64,000 nucleotides of DNA, taken from Eledone cirrhosa (lineage: Eukaryota). Where the stretch lies: the NCBI GenBank assembly GCA_964016885.1, contig OZ024759.1, positions 15,190,001-15,254,000 on the forward strand, written 5' to 3'. Below the pieces are notes generated by a model. It was given only the letters and a program-made list of their open reading frames with translations. It made no database searches and had not been told where the DNA came from. A program made the translations under genes and the position numbers. This document shows, in pieces, positions 43,015 through 56,416 of this stretch. The first letter of the stretch is position 1; each line of letters starts with the position of its first letter.

Positions 43015-43015
<1 letters not shown>
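42797..43015. mobile_element. inverted repeat with two family-D hammerheads (42828-42894 -, 42917-42983 +)
   Basis: Consensus CATT-CTGATGA-ACGA...TCGT-GAA-ACC-TTT-GGT-A-AATG. Confidence 0.75.
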
Positions 43016-43050
<35 letters not shown>

Positions 43051-43053
<3 letters not shown>

Positions 43054-43175
43054 GTTATTCCGGGTTGAATCGGAGGTAACAGTAAGTAAGGTACTCAATA
43101 CATTGCAGAGTATAAAAGTTTTAATATAGATGAGATTCTACAGGACTAGAACTGTTTCATTCTTTAGAAATCATC
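43051..43175 (-). mobile_element. family-B pLTR-like fragment, truncated within the CUGAUGA core
   Basis: Reverse complement of 13973-14025 plus the tail shared with 28000-28066. Confidence 0.7.
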
Positions 43176-44239
43176 GTTTTCATTTATCCATGATAAATAT
43201 TTTAATATTTTGACGATAATGTGGGATTGTTTCCTTTACAACAAATCCCGCAGGAGGTGTGGACTCGTGTCTTTTAAAATCCCTTTTGTTATATAGATAT
43301 TTCGTGCAATAATGTAGGTAGATATAAAAGATGTGTTTAAGTTGTGATGAGAGAAATCCATTTGTAATTGTTTTAAGTTTTTGATTAAAGGTTTCGAAAT
43401 CGAATTATATAAAAGCATCAATAGAAATTGTATTTGATAAATATTCTTTACACAGAAGTTCTTTACTTTCTTTAAATGCATTGCAATTAGTTTCAGATGA
43501 CTTCTCCAATTACATTACTAGATTCGCTGTATCTAATGATCTATGTTCGTTAGATATACAATCATTCAATTGCTACGAAATGTACTTTTACATATAGAAT
43601 GCGAAATATATCATCATATATTGATCACGTTATTATTCCAAACAAAGACTTCTTTTACTGATGCTGCAATTTATTTGAAATAATGTAAAGTACGTGAAGA
43701 ACATATAAATAACCATAGTTATTATACACCACTTCAAGTTTCAATGTCTAATCATGTATTCAGAAATCGATACAGCTAGCACAAAATAAAATATTTGTGA
43801 TATTTCGCGGAAGATATATCAAAATACAATCAATTTGTTAATACGTTTTTATATCAACATGAATTTCTCTTACAGATTGATCAACTACGTATATTTGTTA
43901 TTAATGTGTTATAATAAACTAAACGACAAACATATTTTTTATATAAACAATGATGTCTCGAAGGTGATGTGCGAGTATTTTAGAATTCATAAGAGAAACC
44001 AGAAAAACTGAACGAAAGAAGTGCTGTTAAAGCAGCAAAATGACGACAGGTTGAAGTTTTAAAAGCTTTTCTTGCGTTGAGTTTTTCTCATTATTCTATA
44101 GAGTTTTTTTAATAATATCAGTAAACAATCTAAAGCTTATGAAATAAAATATATGAAATATCTAAACCGATTGTGGAGTTGCAGAACAGATGAACAAATA
44201 TATACAATCAAGAAGAAAATTGTGCCAATTTTAATACCC

Positions 44240-44815
44240 CATCAAATTCTATATTCTAACTATGTCCAAATACTGCCAGAAGCCTCGTTAGGCTGGTGCT
44301 TATCCCGGTTTCATCATGTGGAGCGACTGAAAGTACAAGACTTCACCCTGGATAGGACGCTAGTCCATCGCAAAGTACTCATTTTCAGCTGAGCATACTG
44401 GAGCAATGTGAAATACCCATATCAAATTCTATAGACTAACTACGCCTAAAGAATGTCTCAAGCCAGAAGGCTCGATAGGCTGGTGTTTATCCTGGTTTCT
44501 TCATGTGAAGCGACTTAAATACAAGACTCCCCCTTGGAAAAGACGCTAGTCCATCGCAAAGTACTCATTCTCAGCTGTGCATACTGGAGCAACGTGAAAT
44601 ACCCATATCAATTTATATAGACTAACTACTAATTTCGTCGTGTGAAGTGACTGAAAGTACAAGACTTCCTCCTGGATAAGATGCCAGTCCATCGCAGGGT
44701 ACTCATTATCAGCTAAGCATACTGGAGCAATGCGAATTGAAGTGTTTTGTTGAAGAACACAACACGCAGCCCAGTCCAGGAATCGAACCCCAACATCCTT
44801 TCCACTAGGCACGCG
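44240..44815 (-). mobile_element. second tRNA-derived SINE family with tandemly triplicated 3' portion
   Basis: ctagtccatcgcaaagtactcatt..catactggagcaa three times, then gaacacaacacgc...ggaatcgaaccc (B box on - strand). Confidence 0.65.
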
Positions 44816-45214
44816 CATCTATCATATTAAATTGCTTTATATAAATTATTCAAAGAAAAGTGTAAGAGAATATTGGAATAATTTTGAGGATTTGGATATT
44901 ATGGGAATAATAAAGGAATAAAAGTTTGCTTTTAATCAGAGGTTTAGTCGATCAGGTCTGACAATTGGTTAAGCTAAAACCATAACAACAACAGTATTTA
45001 CCAAAACGACAACTGCAATTGAAAATGACATGGTGTGGTCCTGTAACTCTTAGTGGAGTAGTAGGGTGCCATAGTGGGATACGGTGTTTCTTGGGCATTT
45101 GGAAGCATTGCTGAGACAATCCCTCTCCAGGTCAGATTTCTGCCAGAGAAAACTAGAATGTGTGAGAGGGGGAGGGGAGCTGAGAAGGATATATAAAAAA
45201 GAATTGATCTCAAT

Positions 45215-45366
45215 ACTCAACTGGTACTTTTTTTATCGATCTCAAAAGGATGAAAATCTTAATTGACATTGCATCGATGGGATTTGAACCCAGATAAAAG
45301 CGAGCCGAAACGAATAACGCAAAGCGCTCTATCCGACGTTCTAACGATTTTGCCAAGTTGCCGCCT
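45215..45366 (-). mobile_element. diverged SINE
   Basis: actggtacttt..aggatgaaa..ggatttgaacc..tgccaagttgccgcc. Confidence 0.7.
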
Positions 45367-45938
45367 ATGGAGTATATGATCATCAGAGAGAGCCGCATTA
45401 CGATCCTACTGAAAGCTGACCCATCCGTCTTTACATATGCCCTATAAAGGTCTCTGTCCATAATTAGGGTTCCGAGCTCTCCTACCCTATGCACTCAGGT
45501 ATCCGACAGCAGGTTATAAATATAATTTCTTTCTCTTTACCCTTTTTTGTGTATCCATCTAATGGTGCCCACAAAACAAGATCACTTAGTATTTTGTAAC
45601 ACTGGCCTGTAAGTTTCATTCTTTTCTGATTTTTCCGTTACTGCTGATACAAATCTCTGCTGGTAAATTTCTGTATTAATGAAACATTAAGTACCATGTG
45701 CAACAATCATGTAGCCATCAATTCTCTTCTCTAGTTGCTTTGTTATGCTCCATGCTTCTGATCCATACAAGAGGTTCAGTGTTGTACTACTCGTGACAAT
45801 ATTAACCATTTATATTACAAGTAAAACAATCCTCTGACAGGTTTCCAAATAATTTCTGCTCAGCCAGCTTCACTCGAAAGACTTGGATCGCTTCGAAGCT
45901 ATAGTAAATTACTGGGGTCCCTATCATTAAAAATCATT

Positions 45939-46077
45939 GAAGCCGCATGGCTTGGTAGTTAGAGCATTGGGCTTGCAAACGAGAGGTTGTGAGTTCAATT
46001 CTCGGACCGGGTGGTGTGCTGTTTCCCTGAGCAAGACACTTTATTTCACGTTGCTCCAGTTTACTCAGCTGTATAAA
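45939..46077 (+). mobile_element. tRNA-derived SINE head and core
   Basis: A box tggcttggtagtt, B box gagttcaattc, core gagcaagacactttatttcac..ttgctccagt. Confidence 0.75.
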
Positions 46078-47429
46078 TCAGATGATAGGACTGGGGTCCC
46101 TATCATTAAAATCACCAAATACACCTCCAACGATATATACCTTGGAGGGGGCCAGCAGAACCTGCATAGGTGGGAGCTGTCACACACACATAGTAAATGA
46201 CACTTGTTTAAGATGTCATAGAAAGAGATTGAAATCAAGATCTTACTATTAAGAACGTTTAAGAATAAAAGCATAAAGAACCCATAACTCCTTGTGGACT
46301 CGTAGGGACACCGTCATACGGCGTATCTAGGGCACTTTAAACCTGGCGGAACCCAACCCTTTCCAGGTCTGAACACAGCTGATTTTTTTTCTATAGAGAA
46401 AGAATCGGCCCCAATACTGGACTGGTACTTTTTTATCGACCTCGAAAGGATGAAAAGAAAAGTTGACAACGACGGGATTTGAACTCAAAGCGTGCAATGA
46501 GGTGGGGGCAAATACCGTAAAGTATTCTATCCAACGGCTTAACGACTGCTTCGAAACTATAGTAAATGACACTTATTTAAGATGTCATACAGTGGGATTG
46601 AAACTAAGATCTCAGTATTGTGAACGTTATGACATTAAAAGCTTCGCCGCTGTTAGCTGTGCTCACAATTCTTAAATATCTTTCATATAAAAACTCGGGT
46701 TGGACAGGTTTTTAAAACGTTATCAGTAAGGAGTGTACTGGAGATAAACAACAAAATCCCTTTTATTTAGTAGACTGCGATAATATTGACTGCATTATTT
46801 AGAGTACTTAATGACATTGGACAAGTATCTGTTTGAAGACTAAAAACATCGTAATTGCTACTGATGTAATTTCTTGCTAACATTCTCGAGCATTGTCGGT
46901 TTATGTTGACAGTTTGTGAAAGGAATTAATCATCCTGAACATGTTGGATGCGAAGGAAATGTTAATTATGAAAATGCTTTTACGAGAATTTGGAAAAAAA
47001 TACCTCTTGCACTAATCTAATTTGGTCAGAGACTGAAAAGGGATAATTTGATTGTGGATGATGACAAATGGTGCTTTCTTATATTTTAAATAAAAGTACC
47101 ATGTAAGGCTAAAAATAAATAGTGAATCAGGTTATTACGTTAAACATGTCGGGAAGTGATGATGTAGATAAAATACAAGAACACAACCGAAGCATATCAA
47201 TAATAGATTACATGCATCTTTGTGTAAAGATCAATTGATTGATGAGCACAGAATATATTGATTTCCTTATTTTTACTTAAAATAAAACGAAAACATGTAA
47301 ACATCACGTTATTACAAAGCGGCAGAATTTAAAATTAAATTGGATTTTTGACTACAGAAAATGTGCTAATAATAAAAGTGTGTATAAGCCTCTAGCAAGG
47401 GGATTAAACTCTATGATATTATGAGACTA

Positions 47430-47640
47430 TGTTGGCAGTAATCGGTTGAGCATCCGTCATCATGCTTTGCGGTATGGAATTACGTCACTTTAGGTTTTGA
47501 ATTTAAATCACGTCGAGGTTAGCTTTGCCTTTCATCCTGACGGGGGTCGATAAAATAAAGTACCAGTAATGTACTGGGGTAGAGTTAATCGACTTTCATC
47601 TTCCTCCTACATTATTGACCTTGTAACTAAATCAGAAACC
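47430..47640 (+). mobile_element. SINE, diverged
   Basis: Same family as 24081. Confidence 0.75.
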
Positions 47641-47872
47641 TATCCAACAATCGAGGAAGCAAACCAAATTCAAAGTGTTTACCAATGTTTCCGAACACTG
47701 AAGAGCCGAACTCCCACTGTCATCACCTCCATTTCTCTCGCCCTCCCAATCTCTCTGTATTGGCCGCCCCACAACCCTGGCGGACAGAATGGAGAAGGTG
47801 TTTCCCTGGCAATTTACTAAGTCAATTATACTTTCGAAGTACACTTTCAGTCAAAAGCTGTATTATTTCAAT

Positions 47873-48053
47873 ATTGGCATTATCAGTAGAGGATCAGACG
47901 CCATGCTTTACAGCATAGTTACGTCCCTTTGCGTTCTGAGTTCAAATCCCGCCAAAGTTAACTTTGCTTTTCATCCTTACGGGGTCGATAAAATAAAGTA
48001 CCAGTAATGTACTGGGATAATTACTGACCTTGTGCCAAAGGTAAGAAACAATT
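47873..48053 (+). mobile_element. SINE
   Basis: Same family as 24081. Confidence 0.85.
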
Positions 48054-48644
48054 ATGTCATACGCTAATATATTACGTAATTATCACCGGTCAGTTATTGA
48101 CAGACGTCACTGCATTGAATGTTTAGCCCCTAATAAGACAATGTAAACGATAAACAGTCCAACCGAGACCACTCTGACTTTAATTAAGATATAGTATTAC
48201 TGTGACTAAATAAACGTCTGGTATGAAGCAATGACTCAGTTTGAGCTGTTGCATAGTTCACTTTGGTATATTTGATCTCATTTTATTTTATAAACGAATG
48301 GAAATTGGAAGCATCTAGCTGCTGAACTGTATTTCAGAAATCAAAATGAGCTACAAGAAATGTATACAATTATTTATAAACCAACACAACAGTAAATATG
48401 TACATTATTTAAAATTGTTGCGACATTCACGACATAAAATACACAGGAAAATATTAAGAGGAGGGCTGAATATAATGGACAGTATACCAAAATATATTGG
48501 TAAACAAAAAAAACTCAAGACAGACTAAAATGAAAAGGGGTTTTGAATTGTGGTGCCTATAAAAATTACATGATAATGTAATAATAACTTAATGTTTTTT
48601 TTTATGAAATAACATATCATAAAATGTATGCAAAGCACACACAC

Positions 48645-48647
<3 letters not shown>

Positions 48648-48700
<53 letters not shown>

Positions 48701-48859
48701 GCATATATATATATATATATATATATGCATATATATATATATATATATGCATATATATATATATATATATGCATATATATATATATATATATATGCATAT
48801 ATATATATATATATATATGCATATATATATATATATATGCATATATATATATACATATA

Positions 48860-48911
<52 letters not shown>

Positions 48912-48979
48912 TATATATATATATATATATATGCATATATATATATATATATATATGCATATATATATATATACATATA

Positions 48980-49013
<34 letters not shown>

Positions 49014-49113
49014 TATATATATATATATAAGCATATATATATATATATATGCATATATATATATATATATGCATATATATATATATATATGCATATATAT
49101 ATATATATATATA

Positions 49114-49147
<34 letters not shown>

Positions 49148-49169
49148 TATATATATATATATATATATA

Positions 49170-49203
<34 letters not shown>

Positions 49204-49235
49204 TATATATATATATATGCATATATATATATATA

Positions 49236-49276
<41 letters not shown>

Positions 49277-49375
49277 GCATATATATATATAGATATATAC
49301 ACGCACGCACATATATATATATATATAAATATATATGTATATATATATAAACATGTATATATATACATATACACA
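48648..49375. repeat. (TA)n microsatellite punctuated by GC
   Basis: Simple repeat. Confidence 0.97.
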
Positions 49376-49594
49376 TGGAAACCATATAGTTATGTGTATG
49401 ATTTCAATTTGAAACTCAACCACGTATGTTTATGCGTATACATGACTGACACTGCAATGTTACAAAACAATATCTATCTATCTATGTATTTATCTATCTA
49501 TATCATTCTCTCTCTCTTTCTATATGTATATATATATATACACACATGTGTGTGTGCGTGTGTGTGTGTGTGTATGTATATATGTTTGTATATG

Positions 49595-49625
<31 letters not shown>

Positions 49626-49753
49626 GTGTGTGTGTGTGTGTGTATGTATATATGTTTGTATATGTATGTATGTATATATACATATGTATATATATATGTA
49701 TGTATATATTATATGTATGTATATGCAGTATATATATAAATGTATATATATAT

Positions 49754-49809
<56 letters not shown>

Positions 49810-50022
49810 TCATCCATTCTATATGTCTCCTCTCAGTCTATATGCCTATTGTGAAAGATGCCATTAAACTAATGAAATTAAAGAAATTTCTCTAGAATTT
49901 CGATATGAGATATTTTTTTACTGTCCGTTTACCTACTCAGACTATTTCAAAACTCCATCAAATCTATGTTTGTCTCATCTCACATCCGCCATTCCCATTT
50001 TCCGCCATCTTTACCTTAATCC

Positions 50023-50475
50023 TCTCACAGTCTCACTGTATTGTTCTCTCTCTCTCTCACAGTCTCACTGTATTGTTCTCTCTCTCTCACAGTCTCACTG
50101 TATTGTTCTCTCTCTCTCACAGTCTCACTGTATTGTTCTCTCTCTCTCTCACTGTCTCACTGTATTGTTCTCACTCTCCTCTCACAGTCTCACTGCATTG
50201 TTCTCTCTCTCTCTCTCTCTCACTGTATTCTTCTCTCTCTCTCTCTCTCTCTCACTGTCTCACTGTATTGTTCTGTCACTTTCTCGCACTTACTATCTCT
50301 CTCTCTCTCACTATCTCTCTTTCTCACTCTCACGCTCCCTCATACTCCCTTTTTTTCTCATACTACCTTTCACTCTCTCTCTCTCTCTTTCTCTCTTACA
50401 CTCCCTCCTTCTCCATCATTCTGTCTGTCACTCACTTTCTTTTTCACCCTCTCTCTATCTCTCACTCCCTCTCTC

Positions 50476-50539
<64 letters not shown>

Positions 50540-50725
50540 TCTCTCTCTCTCTCACTCTCTCTCTCTTTCTCTCTCACACTCCTTCTCTCTCACGCTCTGT
50601 CTCTCTCTCTCTCACACACTGTCTCCGTTTCACTCTCTCTCACGCTCCGTCTCACTCTCTCGCACGCTCTGTCTCACTCACATTGTCTCTCTCCGACTCA
50701 CCCCCTTCCTCACACACACACATAC
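50023..50725. repeat. 30-bp minisatellite merging into a (CT)n tract
   Basis: tctcacagtctcactgtattgttctctctc repeated. Confidence 0.9.
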
Positions 50726-50989
50726 TGTCTCTTTATCTGCTAACTATTTATGTTTTGGTTCGTCTCAGTTTCCATTGTTCACAGTCATCGTTTCATATCG
50801 TCTTATTCACACTCTCCCTTCACACAATTACACTTTAACACACACACACACAGACATATATATATAATATTCATATACACACATATATATATATGCTTAC
50901 ATACACACTGGACATATTATTTTATCTAAAGACATTTTTTGCCAATTCTATCCCGCTCGTCCCCTCAATCTATCTTATTTCTCATTCTT

Positions 50990-51025
50990 TCTTCTGATGA
51001 AGGACTAGCGTCGGAAACGTTAAGA
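50990..51025 (+). ncRNA. minimal type I hammerhead, family A
   Basis: TCTT-CTGATGA-aggactagcgtcg-GAA-ACGT-T-AAGA; palindromic stem III ACGT. Confidence 0.7.
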
Positions 51026-51109
51026 CCCTCTTCCTGCTATATCAAGCGTTAACCTAATATATCCCTTCCATATACTGTACCGATTGTGTTGTTATTTCTG
51101 TTTACCTTT

Positions 51110-51147
<38 letters not shown>

Positions 51148-51150
<3 letters not shown>

Positions 51151-51246
51151 CGGAAGAAATGTGGTAAGCAACCAGGTGGACCATAACGTCCAGAATTAGC
51201 CGTCGAAACGGCTTCAGCTCAGCCGTCGGGGTCCTACTCGTTCCTA
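51148..51246. repeat. family-E element, internally deleted
   Basis: aacggaagaaatgtggtaagcaaccaggtggaccataacg joined to tccagaattagccgtcgaaacgg. Confidence 0.75.
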
Positions 51247-51266
51247 TATATATATACCATTATTTA

Positions 51267-51312
<46 letters not shown>

Positions 51313-51318
51313 TAAATA

Positions 51319-51654
51319 ATGGTGTTGTACAGCATAAGATGTACAGAGAGTACTTCTTGCAGAAACATGACCACAACATACATAAGCGAGACAGCTCGTA
51401 GCATAGGTGAAAGGATAGACCAACACTGGGGAGAACTAAAAGGACGAAAAGACGGTTCAGTACTATACGAACATGCCAGACAACAACACAACGGTAACAT
51501 AGACAACAAAGAAGTTAGAATAATATCTAAGCATAGAAATGACCCAGCAGATATGCAAATCGGAGAGGCCAGTGAAATAGAACTTAGAAGGCCAAGGCTA
51601 AACAGAAAAATGAATGGAATAACAACAACACCCAAACAAACCACACTGACCTAA
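51319..51654 (+). pseudogene. Penelope-like GIY-YIG endonuclease fragment (5'-truncated PLE)
   Basis: VLYSIRC....C.....YISETARSIGERIDQH...SVLYEH...H...EASEI....PRLN matches the PLE GIY-YIG pattern. Confidence 0.85.
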
Positions 51655-51908
51655 GAGAAGTATAAATAAATAAATAAATACATACACAAGCACCATAACA
51701 ACAAATACATATAAACACACACTAGTAAACTAAGATAGAATACATTAACCAATACACAGTCACCCAAACAAGAACACACATCAAACAAAACACTATACAC
51801 ACACGCAAACGCATGCGCAGAGAAGACAAAAAAATAAACAAATAAATAAATAAACAGACTAAATAAAGATGGCGTAAGCATACAATGCAACGGGAGGAAA
51901 CATAATAG

Positions 51909-51952
51909 CACCAATGACGATGTTGCAGATATGCAACGAAATAACTTTGTTA
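51909..51952 (+). ncRNA. hammerhead-like motif, family I, in the 3' region downstream of the GIY-YIG fragment
   Basis: ATGACGA-t-GTTGCA-GATA-TGCAAC-GAAA; homologous to 41759-41850 with covarying stem II. Confidence 0.55.
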
Positions 51953-52168
51953 GACTATATATATGTGTTTGTGTCTATATTGTATCTGTATTTTTTACCG
52001 TTGGTCAGTCAATGGTAACATTGTGGACCGAATAAATTAAATTAACTGATATAAAAGATACAGAAGCGAAAACCAATCAAACAGTGAGTGTGTTCTGTTA
52101 TTAATTCTGGCAATATTACACAAATATGACCCTCCCCAAGCATATATATATATATATATATATATGCA

Positions 52169-52204
<36 letters not shown>

Positions 52205-52205
52205 T

Positions 52206-52246
<41 letters not shown>

Positions 52247-53855
52247 TACTTATATATATGCACACTTATATATATACATATATACATATATATATATATG
52301 CATACTTATATATATACATATATATATGCATACTTATATATATACATATATATATATAAGTATGCTTATATATATATATCGTTTATTATTCAGTGACAGC
52401 TTATATATATAAATATCGTTTATTATCCAGTGACAACTGTGACCTCTTCAGGCAGTTTGAATTAGTATGGTATAGACAAGTACATATGTTGTTGAGGTGT
52501 ATAATATTGTCAATACTCTGATATGCCCAGTTCCTGGTTGTTATTTCACTGAGGAACTGGAATCATATGAATTCAAACAAACGAATTTCAGTGTCAAAGG
52601 TCCTCTTCACCTCTCATTGGTCAGTTATTAGAACATTCCTCATTCTAAGTGTTGTTATTGTTGGAGTTAGCTTAAAAAATTGATAAAATGACCGAAGGGA
52701 CAAGGTGTTAAAGGAACAAAATAACAAAAAAAGTGTCAAACTTCCCAGTGGTCAGTTCTGAGGGCATTCCTCAGTCAGAAGTCTATAGAATTTTTTCTGG
52801 AGCGAGGCTCCCTGTAGTGTTTTTGTTTGGTATTGTTAAGTACATTTGGCCTCTACCATTATTTGGTAGTGTTGGTGTTGTGGTCAGCTTATATCTTGCT
52901 GCTGCTAACAATTTAGAAGTCCAGTGTGTGTTTTTTCTTCATCCCTCCTGCCACCATCTCTCATAGAGGTGGTGGTGGTGATGGTTTTCTTCCATGTATA
53001 TGAAGAAATATAAGGCAATAAATGCAGAAAACAGAAAATAAATAAATAATATAATAAAATAATTAATATAATTTGTATAATTTGAAAATAAATAAATAAA
53101 TAGAGGATAAAGAATAAAGAATAAATGAAAAATTGGTGAAAAAGTAATGAAAATGAATATGGAGAAGTGAAAAATAGTGTAGGATAAAGTGTGTGTGTGC
53201 TATAACCAATCTCAAGGTTTAGAAATATGTTGGATAGATTGGTATGAGGACAAGATGTTAAGATAAGATAATCAAACTAAATGTGTTTGTGTTATAATCA
53301 ATCTCAACTTAAAAATAAATATAAGGTGATACAGTGAAGAGGGCAGAAAACAAATAACAGATTAATAAAGAGAAATCAAGATTTAAAAATGGAACTTGAA
53401 AATCAGAAATCTAGTAAATTAAAAAGTGTTTGTGTTATATAGATGTTGGCCAAATTATAATGGTTGTGTCCGATTCTATCTCTAGGCTATCATGGTGGTC
53501 TGGCCGAGAGGTGTTTTCATGTTCTGTAGAAGTCCCTATAGCTTGAGGGGAGTTCACATCTTCTTGTGTTGCTACTGTCCATATATCTTGAGAAAGGTCC
53601 CGGCTCTAAGGTGTCTGCATGTCCCGAAGAAGTCGGTTCTGAGGTTTATCAGGCCGCTTCCACCTCTTAGTATCTCGATGGCTGTCACTGAAATATATAT
53701 AGCAGTAATAAACGAAGCTAAATTTTAATCATTTGACTTTTTATTTAACTTTATTTTACACTACTCCGGAGTAACCAAACCAACCTGCGCACTACGTCGA
53801 GTGCTCCAGATGCATACTAGGTGTTAGTATACAATCAACATTACCTCAAAATCTG

Positions 53856-53886
<31 letters not shown>

Positions 53887-54424
53887 GCATACTTATATAT
53901 ATACATATTCACACATGTGTGTATATATATATATATATATGTGTGTGTGTCTTTCTCGTTGGTACCTCTCTTTTTTTCCTATTCTTCCCTCTCTTTCTCT
54001 CGCCTCTATGTATCTATCTATCAAGCCATCCATTTATGTTTAGAGTTTACTGTTCGGTATTATCCTCACAATCTTCAGCTATTGGAGAATGGCCATACTG
54101 AGGAATCGTATTTGAATTTCTTTGTTCATTTTTCAATTATATCAATCACTCTATTTAGCTTGTGACTCCTCATTACACCTATTTTTCTCAAATGGTTAAG
54201 ATCTGTCTTATTATGTATTTCAATATGTATAACTGAACGTTATAAAGATACGTTTATGGAGCCGTAACTTCATGTGGAATCGTAGGGCCGACTTAGTGAT
54301 ATGAGTATCTTAACCATGTCGGCGACTTTCTTCTCTCTAGATTTAAACACAGCCTGCATGGAGGCAGAAAAATACCGCTAAGCATTCTATCTGAAGTTCC
54401 TTAAGGCTTTGCTAGAGCTTGTTC

Positions 54425-54617
54425 AGGAACGAGTAGGACCCCGACGGCTGAGCTCAAGCCGTTTCGACGGCTAGTTCTGGACTGAACTAGCCGTCGAAAC
54501 GGCTTGAGCTCAGCCGTCGGGGTCCTACTCGTTCCTATTACCCACTCTACTACCCTAAGTATTGAATAATTTGGTGCGTTATGGTCCACCTGGTTCCTTA
54601 CCACATTTCCTTCGTTA
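54425..54617. repeat. family-E fold-back element
   Basis: Palindrome 54425-54535 plus unique tail. Confidence 0.9.
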
Positions 54618-54669
54618 TATATATATATATATATATATATATGTCTGTGTGTGAGTGTGTGAGTGTGTG

Positions 54670-55035
54670 TATGAGGAACGCATGCTCCGTTGGATGTGCA
54701 ATGTGAATGTACGTGAACGAGCGAGCATGGATGTGTTGAGAGAGAAACTGTGTCTGAGAGGGATAAATTGTAGTGTGCGGTAGAGGAGGCTGCGATGGTA
54801 TGGACATGGGATGCGCATGGAGGATGACCGATGGGTGAAGAAGTGCCAGTTGAAGGAAGATGTAGTAGAGGAAGACCACGAAAGACATGGGCGGAGGTGG
54901 TGAGGGCAGGCCTCAGATCACTGAAACTACGGTGGAGATGACGAAGGACCGTGACAAATAGAGAGATGCTGTACTGAATAATAGGACCCGTCCCACCCTT
55001 GCAAGCAGGGAAAAGCGGACGTAAAATGATGATGA
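54670..55035 (+). mobile_element. RTE LINE 3' end with (GAT)n tail
   Basis: RRLRWYGH.MRMEDDR motif, then agaggaagaccacgaaagacatgg (RGRPRKTW). Confidence 0.75.
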
Positions 55036-55118
55036 TATATATATATATATATATAAATATAATTACAAAGTGACATAAACAGGTACTCAAGTTTCGTTGG
55101 GCTCTGGTCCCCAATTTG

Positions 55119-55168
55119 ACAGGCTGAATGAATTGGGGCCCAGAACCCAACGAAACTTGAGTACCTGT
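55119..55168 (+). ncRNA. type I hammerhead ribozyme, family G (8-nt core CUGAAUGA)
   Basis: ACAGG-CTGAATGA-aTTGGG-gcccagaa-CCCAAc-GAA-ACTTGAGT-A-CCTGT; lies in the inverted repeat 55061-55188. Confidence 0.75.
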
Positions 55169-55277
55169 TTATGTCACTGTTGTAATTATTTATACTTAAC
55201 TCGTCCAATGGACTGAGTGCTCTTACCCTTTGATATTTCCACCTAACCTTTACTACAGTGTATATATACACACACAC

Positions 55278-55337
<60 letters not shown>

Positions 55338-55343
<6 letters not shown>

Positions 55344-55660
55344 AGATCAAAAGATGGTTAAAGGAGTTCCATGTATTTTATTATGCGCATTTCAAAAACA
55401 AACATCATCATGCAATAATATTTGTGTTTTCATCAGAATGTTCTCCTGTTTTCATCAGAATGTTCTCCTGTTTTATCTGATGAAAACACAAATATTATTG
55501 CATGATGATATTTGTTTTTGAAATGCGCATAATAAAATACATGGAACTCCTTTAACCATCTTTTGATCTTATATTATGTATACTCCAGTCCTACAAACTG
55601 TAGAGTGCTTCTTATCCGATATCTGCATTGCTTTATTGTACTACAATAAAACTCACCTCC

Positions 55661-55665
<5 letters not shown>
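55338..55665. mobile_element. fold-back pLTR-like insert with family-C hammerhead (55471-55537 +)
   Basis: 55338-55438 is the reverse complement of 55476-55576; TTTTAT-CTGATGA...GAA-ATGCGCAT-A-ATAAAA. Confidence 0.85.
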
Positions 55666-55724
<59 letters not shown>

Positions 55725-55900
55725 GTTCAAGAGTAACCAATCTTAAAGAGAGAGATGGAGATAGTAGAGGAGATATGAGATGAGAGATTGGTGAGTTAGT
55801 TAGAAGCCAACGCGTAAAGGCATGTGCTCAATGTGCAATATGCAGTAGAAAGCAGCTAGGTGGCTGGGTTGATGCAGAAGTTAGGTGCGCAGAGCTGGAA

Positions 55901-56059
55901 ATATTCATTAGTTAAGCAAAACAAGACCACAGACTTCACAAGGAAGACATTATTAAAATATTATTATTCTCTACATTCCTTACATCAAACTAAAATATGT
56001 TGACAATATTTTAATAATGTCTTCCTTGTGAAGTTTGTGGTCTTGTTTTGCTTAACTAA

Positions 56060-56065
<6 letters not shown>
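55901..56065. repeat. ~60-bp inverted repeat ending at (TA)n
   Basis: atattcattagttaagcaaaacaagacc...ggtcttgttttgcttaactaatgaatat. Confidence 0.85.
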
Positions 56066-56128
<63 letters not shown>

Positions 56129-56416
56129 AAAGAGAGAGAGAGATCGGAGATTTTAACCCGACCGCGACGCCAAGCTGTTTCCGCTTGTGTTCAGCTAGTG
56201 TGTGTGTGTGTGTGTGTGCCGTGCTGAAAAGGCTTGCTGAACACAAAACCATATATATCTCTCTCTCGTCCCCCCCTCTCTCTCTCTATTCCCCCCTTTC
56301 TCCCCGCCCCTCTCTCTAACCCCGTCTCTCTCGCACCCTCTCTCTCAAGAGAAAGAGAGAGAGAGAGAGAGAGACATATACCTGACTTTGGGGTTAACAA
56401 CGTGACATTTCAACGA

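Noticed and set aside
46700-48530. Protein-like AT-rich unique sequence (e.g. WKHLAAEL; also 43200-43560)
   Set aside because: Frequent stops and no recognisable family; cannot be supported without a search
49905-50867. Ser/Leu-rich ORFs (also 16467-17216 and 61501-62264)
   Set aside because: Translations of (CT)n tracts
52415-52460. Minus-strand CTGAAGAGGTCACAG as a hammerhead
   Set aside because: GAAA is absent and the 3' half is lost in a TA tract
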